A stretch of 44,305 nt of DNA from Deltaproteobacteria bacterium. Its GTDB lineage: Bacteria > Desulfobacterota > DSM-4660 > Desulfatiglandales > B25-G16. The number at the start of each line of letters is the position of its first letter. The stretch's first letter is position 1. The stretch lies in assembly GCA_018400255.1 (NCBI GenBank), contig JAGYMO010000341.1, positions 1-44,305 on the forward strand, written 5' to 3'. Of the stretch, positions 37,977-44,305 are shown one piece after another. The notes under the pieces were generated by a model, which did not search any database, had not been told where the DNA came from, and saw only the letters and a program-made list of their open reading frames with translations. A program made the position numbers and the translations under genes.

Positions 37977-40049
37977 ATGAGTGACTTAATTTTGGAGATT
38001 GGAACAGAGGAAATACCATCAGATTATCTTGATAATGGGCTGAAGGAACTAGAAAGAATTTCTGGGCAATACCTCGAAGAGAATAGAATTAATTTTTCCG
38101 AAGACATAGTAACATATGGGACCCCAAGACGTCTAATCTTATCAATTAAGGGTCTTTCGCCAATGCAAGGCAATCTGGAGCGTGAAGTAATAGGCCCTCC
38201 TAAAAACATAGCTTACGATGAAAACGGAGGTCCCACTAAGGTAGCTATAGGATTCGCAAAAAAGAATAACGTATCGGTTAGCCAACTGGTATCAGTAAAA
38301 ACCAAAAAAGGAGAATATGTTGCTATTAATAGCGTTATAGAAGGTAAACCTGTGGCTGAAGTACTTTCTGCCATTCTACCTGAAATAATAAGATCTATTC
38401 CATGGCCGAAATCCATGAGATGGGGTGATGTTGGGTTTTTATTTGTGAGGCCAATTCACTGGATAATGGCAATGCTTGACGAGGAAGTCGTTCCATTTGA
38501 GCTTGCCGGTATTATTAGCGAAAATATCACCTACGGCCATAGGTTTATGTCATCAGGGCCTTTAAAGGTCAAGAATGCGAATGATTATTTTAAATTGATA
38601 AGGAAGGCCAATGTAATAATAAAATTTGAGGAAAGAAAAGAAATAATTGCTAAGGATGTTGAAAGCTCCTGTGCCTCTGTATCCGGTTTTCTACTAAACG
38701 ATGACGAGCTTCTTTCAACTGTAACAAATATGGTAGAGTATCCTTATACATCCTTAGGCAGGTATGATCACCGTTTTCTTGAACTCCCTGAAGATGTCCT
38801 TATTACTGCTATGCGGAAACATCAAAAATATTTTTCTGTTGTGGACGAAAAAAGGAATCTTATGCCTTACTTTGTAGCAGTTAATAACACGAAACCAAAG
38901 AGTGACTCCTTAGTTAGTCATGGCCATGAAAGGGTACTAAATGCACGCCTTTCAGATGCAAAATTCTTTTTTCAGGAAGACAGGAAAAGATCCCTTTCTG
39001 ATAGATTTGAAGAGCTCAAGAGTGTTATATTCCATCAAAAATTAGGAACATTGTACGATAAAGTCGCACGGTTTACAAGGCTTGCTGAATATTTAACCGA
39101 AACAATTGGATCAGAAAATATTGAAAATGTAAAACAGGCCTGTAAACTATGTAAATGCGATCTTGTTACTTTGATGGTATCAGAATTCCCTTCTCTTCAG
39201 GGAACTATGGGAGAAATATATGCAAAACTTGATGGAAACCCAAAAGAGGTCTGCCTTGCCATATCTGACCATTACCTGCCTGTACAGGCTGAGTCTAATC
39301 TTCCTGAATCGCTAATAGGTTTAATCGTAGGTCTTGCAGATAGAATGGATACAATAATAGCGTGTTTTGCCGCAGGCCTTGAACCAACTGGAACCGCCGA
39401 TCCCTATGCCCTGAGACGGAAGTCCTTGGCTATCATTAGACTGATAAGGGTAAAAAAAATTAAAATATCCATACGGCATTTCATTGAAATTTCATCGAGC
39501 ATCTTAAACGAAACTATAAATTTTGATGCAAAAGAAATTAATGAAAAGGTTTTCAATTTTATTAGAGATCGTTTTAAATACATGCTCTCAAATGAGGGAA
39601 TTCCCTTAGATTATATTGATGCGGTGATTTCCGAAGACTTTAGTTTTTTACATCAGATAGACAAAAAAATTGATGCGCTCAGACAATTCCGTAATTCTTC
39701 AAAAAATTTTGAATCCTTAGTTCTATCCTTCAAAAGAATTATAAATATTTTAAAGGGGTTTGACAACGCCTTTGTTGTAAAACCTGCTCTATTTGAAAAC
39801 AATAGTGAAAAAGACTTATGGAATGCTTTTATCTCATCAAAGGAAAGTGCTGATCACGAAATAACAATGGAAAATTATCTTAAGGCTCTGAATACAATAG
39901 CAAGGCTAGCTGAACCGATCGACAATTTTTTTAATGAAGTAATGGTTATGGCAGAAGATGAAAATGTAAAGACAAACAGGCTTTCAATGTTGAGAGAAAT
40001 AAGCAGTCTTTTCATCAAGGTAGCTGATTTTTCAAAATTTACGGTATAA
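37977..40049 (+). CDS. glyS: Glycine--tRNA ligase beta subunit
   Basis: 690 aa. Contains 'LILEIGTEEIPS', 'YGTPRRL' and 'DPYALRR'. Confidence 0.95.
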   Translation: MSDLILEIGTEEIPSDYLDNGLKELERISGQYLEENRINFSEDIVTYGTPRRLILSIKGLSPMQGNLEREVIGPPKNIAYDENGGPTKVAIGFAKKNNVSVSQLVSVKTKKGEYVAINSVIEGKPVAEVLSAILPEIIRSIPWPKSMRWGDVGFLFVRPIHWIMAMLDEEVVPFELAGIISENITYGHRFMSSGPLKVKNANDYFKLIRKANVIIKFEERKEIIAKDVESSCASVSGFLLNDDELLSTVTNMVEYPYTSLGRYDHRFLELPEDVLITAMRKHQKYFSVVDEKRNLMPYFVAVNNTKPKSDSLVSHGHERVLNARLSDAKFFFQEDRKRSLSDRFEELKSVIFHQKLGTLYDKVARFTRLAEYLTETIGSENIENVKQACKLCKCDLVTLMVSEFPSLQGTMGEIYAKLDGNPKEVCLAISDHYLPVQAESNLPESLIGLIVGLADRMDTIIACFAAGLEPTGTADPYALRRKSLAIIRLIRVKKIKISIRHFIEISSSILNETINFDAKEINEKVFNFIRDRFKYMLSNEGIPLDYIDAVISEDFSFLHQIDKKIDALRQFRNSSKNFESLVLSFKRIINILKGFDNAFVVKPALFENNSEKDLWNAFISSKESADHEITMENYLKALNTIARLAEPIDNFFNEVMVMAEDENVKTNRLSMLREISSLFIKVADFSKFTV

Positions 40050-40088
40050 CCAAGCTTATGCAGCAGGCACCTGCTGCATAATCTTGGT
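40049..40088. repeat. Palindromic hairpin element, family 3, copy 2 (fills the glyS/mltA convergent gap)
   Basis: The arms accaagcttatgcagcagg / cctgctgcataatcttggt form a 19-bp stem with one mismatch and a 'ca' loop. The element spans exactly from the glyS stop to the mltA stop. Confidence 0.8.
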
Positions 40089-41282
40089 CTAAGAATCTGG
40101 CTTCATAACCAGAAAATACATCTCACCAAAATGTTTCAGATGCCCTGCAACTATTTCTGCATCAAGGCCGTTACCCCAAAAGATATCCGCCCTCCCGGGT
40201 CCTTTTATGGCGCCACCAGTATCCTGATTAAACAAAAACCGGGAAAATTGGACCCAGTCTTTTATATTTCCGTCATTTCCAATGACAGGTCTTTGGCATT
40301 TGATGTAAACAAGTGCTCCTTTTGGAAATAAATTGCTATCAACCGCAAGGGATCTTCCGGCGGTTAAAGGTACATTAATGCTACCTACAGGCCCGTCATC
40401 ATTTATTTCAAAAAATACATAAGAAGGGTTATGGTTGAGTATATCTCTTTTTTTATCAGGGTGATCAGTCAAAAAAGAACTTATTGTCTGAAGGGTGAGA
40501 TCTTCTCTTTTTATGTATCCTTTTTCTATCATATATCTTCCTATGCTTTTATAAGCATGTCCATTTGAGGCACTATAACCGACATTTAACCATTCTCCAT
40601 TAGTAAGTTTTATAATACCTGAACCCTGTGTTTGTAATACGGCTATATCAAATGGGTCCTTTAACCAGGCTATTTCCAGGTTCTTATCTTTAAAGGCGTC
40701 CCCTTCCGCTATATCCTTTCTTTTATAATATGGAACAACCTTTTTACCATTTATCCGACCCATAAGTCTCTGCCCAGCCCATTTAGACCGAAAAAGCCCT
40801 AATTCAATATTTAATAAATCATCCGGCCTTCTATAAATCGGATATTTATAAACAGAATTACATTCGGTGCTTCCATCAAAGATTGGTTCATAATATCCTG
40901 TAAACAAAATTTTACCGTCACTACTTACTCCGCTAGCCTTGTAAAGAAGAAACCTTTTTCGTAGTTCTTTGTTAAGAGATTGATTGCTCGGATTCTTTTG
41001 AATAATTCGCAAAAAGGTCTCATGGGACTTCCTAATATGCTCTATGGAAAAAATATCAGGCCCAAAATAAAAGACATTTTCATCACCAAGGCGATCAAAA
41101 TACGTCATGCTTCTTTCGGCTGCCAAAACCAGAGAGTCTTGATCGAGGTCATCCTTAAATTCTGGCCACAGGTACCGTACTTTTTTTAAAGGGCTTTTAC
41201 TTTCCTTTACAGTAATTGGATAACAGGAAGCTATAATAAAGGCCACCACAACTGCGAATATATTTATATATCTCTTAGCCAT
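40089..41282 (-). CDS. mltA: Membrane-bound lytic murein transglycosylase A
   Basis: Lipoprotein-like N-terminus 'FIIASCYP'. MltA and 3D domain motifs 'GYYEP' and 'DTGGAIKGPGRADIFWG'. Confidence 0.88.
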   Translation of the reverse strand: MAKRYINIFAVVVAFIIASCYPITVKESKSPLKKVRYLWPEFKDDLDQDSLVLAAERSMTYFDRLGDENVFYFGPDIFSIEHIRKSHETFLRIIQKNPSNQSLNKELRKRFLLYKASGVSSDGKILFTGYYEPIFDGSTECNSVYKYPIYRRPDDLLNIELGLFRSKWAGQRLMGRINGKKVVPYYKRKDIAEGDAFKDKNLEIAWLKDPFDIAVLQTQGSGIIKLTNGEWLNVGYSASNGHAYKSIGRYMIEKGYIKREDLTLQTISSFLTDHPDKKRDILNHNPSYVFFEINDDGPVGSINVPLTAGRSLAVDSNLFPKGALVYIKCQRPVIGNDGNIKDWVQFSRFLFNQDTGGAIKGPGRADIFWGNGLDAEIVAGHLKHFGEMYFLVMKPDS

Positions 41283-41644
41283 GAAAAAAGGTTACATTAA
41301 TTATTGTAAAAAAACAAGATCGGTTTTTTATTTAACTAAAACCATATTTCTTATAAAAAAAATTATAACTTGCTTTATAAATTTTAACTCGCTACCAAAT
41401 CCAATATATTCACCATCGTTTTTAACGCACTATAAAGTAGAAGCTAAAAATTCATACAAAAAGGTTGACAATATTTAAAATATGGAAAATCAATACTACA
41501 TACAGCCTTTTAGTTAGACCTTTGATATCAGGTGTTTTTTGTTTTATCATTATAAAGAGCTAAAACGTAAGTAAAATAATGTTTATAGAACTAATTTATT
41601 AGCTTTATTCAATAATCTATTAAAATATCAGGAGCTTTAGAAAA

Positions 41645-43210
41645 ATGTGGACTAAAGAGTTAGAGGAATTAGATAAAAGAAAAAAACGTGCGTATGGATT
41701 AGGGGGTGGAAAAAATATAGCCAGGCAGCACGAGCAGGGAAAAATGACTGTTCGGGAGCGCATTGACTTTTTAGTTGATAGAGGTTCCTTCGAGGAGCGT
41801 GGTATTTTGAGCGGCCTCCCTGCATACGATAAGAAAGACGAGGATAAACTTCTCGATATAGTTCCATGCCCTTTTATTATGGGCATTGCCAAGCTTGACA
41901 ATAGAAAAATAGCAGTTCATGGCGATGATTTTACTATAAAGGGTGCATCTGTTGGAAGGATGTATAAGGCCAAGAGAGGCTATTTTATCAAAATGGCGCG
42001 CTCGTTAAGGCTTCCTATAATTAGGCTTATTGAGGGTGCAGGAGGATCAATAAAGGAGATAATCCAAATAGGGTATACTGAGCTGCCATCTGGAAATCTT
42101 GAGGGAACACAACATGAGGTAGAGGCCATGTCTGAAATCCCTATAGTATCGTTGGGGTTTGGGGCTATAGCCGGTCTGGGCGCATTGTTTATGGTAAAAA
42201 GCCATTTTTCCATTATGGTAAAAGAAAAATCGCAGGTTTTTGTTGGCGGCCCTCCACTCGTTAAATCTGCAACTGGTGAAGATCTAACCAAAGAGGATCT
42301 AGGTGGATACAGGATTCATACCCGCATATCCGGCGTCGTGGACAACGAGGCAAAAAATGAAGAAGATGCCTTGCTGCAGGCAAAAAATTTCCTCTCTTAT
42401 CTACCCTCTAATGTTTGGGAAATGCCTCCAGCAAATTATGAAAAAACCGACGATCCACAGAGAAGGGAAGAGGAGCTGATCAAGATTATCCCTAAGGATA
42501 GTAGAAAGCCCTATGATGTGAGAAAGATTTTACAATTGGTTCTAGACAAACATTCAATTTTTGAGATAGGGAAATATCAAGGTAGATCCCAGATAACGGC
42601 ACTCGCACGATTAAATGGGTACCCGGTAGGTGTCCTTGCCAATGATCCAAGGTTTATAGCCGGCTCATTTAACTATGATGTTGCAGAGAAATTTCAGCGC
42701 TTTATTGATATGTGTGATACATTTCATTTACCCATTATAAACTTTTCGGATCAACCCGGCTTTACAATTGGCAAAAAAAGCGAAGAACATGGCACGATCC
42801 GTAAAGGTGTTAGGGCAAGCTTTGCGATAATCCAAGCCACTGTACCTATAGCTGTAATATATCTACGCAAATGTTTCGGTGTTGCCGGGGCAGCCCAAAG
42901 GACAGCAATGCAATTTAGCTGGCAATATGCCTGGCCTTCCGCTGTATGGGGCAATATACCTGTTGAGGGTGGCGTCTACGCAGCTCACCGTAAAGACATT
43001 GAATCATCACAAGACCCCAAAAAATACCTCAAAGAGTTAGAGGAAATGTATAAAAACATAGCATCACCCTTTCGCACGGCCGAAGCATTTGGAATAGAAG
43101 ATATAATTGATCCAAGGGATACAAGAAGCCTTCTATGTAATTGGGTAGAGTCGGCGTATGATATTGAAAAAACTAACCTGGGGCCGAAAAAAAGAGGCAT
43201 GAGGTGTTAG
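41645..43210 (+). CDS. Acyl-CoA carboxylase carboxyltransferase subunit (propionyl-CoA carboxylase beta / methylmalonyl-CoA decarboxylase alpha family)
   Basis: 521 aa. Contains 'QHEQGKMTVRERIDFLVDRGSFEE', 'GGSIKE' and 'FIDMCDTFHLPIINFSDQPGF'. Confidence 0.88.
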   Translation: MWTKELEELDKRKKRAYGLGGGKNIARQHEQGKMTVRERIDFLVDRGSFEERGILSGLPAYDKKDEDKLLDIVPCPFIMGIAKLDNRKIAVHGDDFTIKGASVGRMYKAKRGYFIKMARSLRLPIIRLIEGAGGSIKEIIQIGYTELPSGNLEGTQHEVEAMSEIPIVSLGFGAIAGLGALFMVKSHFSIMVKEKSQVFVGGPPLVKSATGEDLTKEDLGGYRIHTRISGVVDNEAKNEEDALLQAKNFLSYLPSNVWEMPPANYEKTDDPQRREEELIKIIPKDSRKPYDVRKILQLVLDKHSIFEIGKYQGRSQITALARLNGYPVGVLANDPRFIAGSFNYDVAEKFQRFIDMCDTFHLPIINFSDQPGFTIGKKSEEHGTIRKGVRASFAIIQATVPIAVIYLRKCFGVAGAAQRTAMQFSWQYAWPSAVWGNIPVEGGVYAAHRKDIESSQDPKKYLKELEEMYKNIASPFRTAEAFGIEDIIDPRDTRSLLCNWVESAYDIEKTNLGPKKRGMRC

Positions 43211-43307
43211 GCCATTTTCGTCAAATATAGTACAGTATAGAATAAAATTTATAATTTTTCTCCTTTATTATAAACATGGTCCTTATAGATAATCAGCAGG
43301 AGTCATA

Positions 43308-43876
43308 ATGGCATTTGAAGAAATTATAAAAGAGCTTAAAGAAAAGCGTCACCAAGCACTTCAAATGGGTGGTAGAAATTGCAACCTAAAATTGACCCAC
43401 TTCAACAACCCAATTTTGACCCACCCTTAATTTGAACAAAAAATATCTATTACCAAAAAAGCTATTAGTTTTTTTGCCACAACCAAGCATTCCTGAATGG
43501 GGTTACTCATGCCCTGGATAAAATGATCAGCTTCCTTTGCCTGTGTGATTCATATAACATTCCGTTGATATTCTTTCATGACACCCCTGGTCATATGGTG
43601 GGAAAAGAGGCGGAGCGAAAAAAGCTAGGCGCCAAGATGGTGAATGCACTCCAGGCCCTTTTCCAGGTTACAGTTCCTAAAATTGCTATCATTATACGTA
43701 AGAGTTTTGGCCGGGCCACAGTTAATATGTGCGGAATGGGTGGCGGCCCTGATTTTTTTGTTGCATGGCCTACTGTAGAGATTGGATTTATGGATCTCCT
43801 CATTGCTACAGATGTAGTATTTGACAATTTGTCTGAGAACGATAAAACGAATGAGGTAAAAATTAGTTTAATCTAA
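43308..43876 (+). pseudogene. Decayed paralog of the carboxyltransferase gene (N-terminal ~23 codons plus a ~125-codon C-proximal fragment; internal deletion and 3' truncation)
   Basis: ATG 43308 follows 'aggag'. 'MAFEEIIKELKEKRHQALQMGG' parallels 'ELEELDKRKKRAYGLGGG' of the intact copy. The frame then runs into unrelated sequence and stops at 43428. ORF 43523-43876, 'ISFLCLCDSYNIPLIFFHDTPGH...VPKIAIIIRKSFG', parallels 'FIDMCDTFHLPIINFSDQPGF...VPIAVIYLRKCFG'. Confidence 0.75.
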
Positions 43877-43929
43877 AGTATTTTGCCTGCTGTGCCGATT
43901 AATGAGGGTAGATATATGGAGGATTTTTA

Positions 43930-44151
43930 ATGGACATAATAGTTGGAGGTCCAGGCTCTGTCACCATGGATTCCTCAGAGGGTAATAACTTTAGCCCTCT
44001 GAAAAGGAAACCAAAAAAGGAAAGACGGAAAAATAAACAGGACAGACGAGAAAGTGTAAGGGAAGGCATATTTGTTTCTCTTTCTGTTAAAAACGATAGG
44101 CGCACCTTAAGGGATAGGAGAAAGGCAGATTCTTCAGATAAAAATACATAA
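43930..44151 (+). CDS. Hypothetical small, highly basic protein with RRK/DRR repeats
   Basis: GGAGGA (43918-43923) lies 6 nt before the ATG. 73 aa, containing 'KKERRKNKQDRRESVREG...NDRRTLRDRRK'. The overlapping 118-aa antisense ORF looks spurious. Confidence 0.45.
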   Translation: MDIIVGGPGSVTMDSSEGNNFSPLKRKPKKERRKNKQDRRESVREGIFVSLSVKNDRRTLRDRRKADSSDKNT

Positions 44152-44260
44152 AAGAGCCTATAAGCCCTATTAAAGTCAAAACTAAATGATACCATAAAAA
44201 GGCTGTTATTCCACCTTCTCTCAGCCCTCACGCAATTTCTTAAATTTTGTTCCAAATTTA

Positions 44261-44305
44261 CCCCGACCGCAGAAAGCCACGGCTTTAGCCGTGGATGAAT
44301 GCGCC
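44261..44305. repeat. Nested palindromic element, family 2, copy 2 (truncated by the window end)
   Basis: The sequence 'cccgaccgcagaaagccacggctttagccgtggatgaatg' matches 9192-9231 except for a compensated pair in the inner stem. Confidence 0.8.

Noticed and set aside
43899-44255. 118-aa minus-strand ORF.
   Set aside because: It is antisense to the SD-preceded basic ORF. It has Leu/Phe/Ser-rich mirror composition and no SD.
1-44305. CRISPR arrays, rRNA/tRNA genes, intact IS or transposase genes, and prophage or defence-system genes.
   Set aside because: I found no regularly spaced direct repeats, no rRNA- or tRNA-like sequence, and no integrase, transposase or nuclease ORFs. The only mobile-element hint is the scar at 43380-43495.

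Overview
This 44.3 kb window is AT-rich by eye (not computed) and is mostly a housekeeping segment of a Gram-negative-type bacterial chromosome. LptE, MurJ, MltA, DUF4416 and RemA suggest a Desulfobacterota/Nitrospirota-like lineage, but that is inference only. I call 42 intact CDS, 1 decayed paralog and 1 uncertain small ORF. From 69 to 30318 every convincing gene except maf and rpsT is on the minus strand. This block includes a long co-directional array: rpiB-glyA-dCMP deaminase-nrdR-ribD-ribE-ribBA-ribH-nusB-(M17_N-like)-leuS-lptE-holA. I found no rRNA, tRNA, CRISPR array or intact transposase. Main observations: (1) The msrA gene is only complete if an in-frame TGA at 36253-36255 is read through. 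That TGA sits exactly where the catalytic Cys of the GCFWG motif belongs, a small hairpin follows at SECIS-like spacing, and the extended ORF gains a Sec-type signal peptide, so this is a candidate exported selenocysteine MsrA. (2) Three families of GC-rich, hairpin-forming intergenic repeats occur, and two of them show compensatory base-pair changes between copies. One copy supplies the last codons and the stop codon of maf. (3) A second acyl-CoA carboxyltransferase paralog is gutted and carries a short foreign scar with tandem TTGACCCAC motifs. (4) A furin/kexin-like S8 protease has a P-domain and a C-terminal dockerin-like duplication. All product names come from motif recognition in the supplied translations. 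No database search was run.
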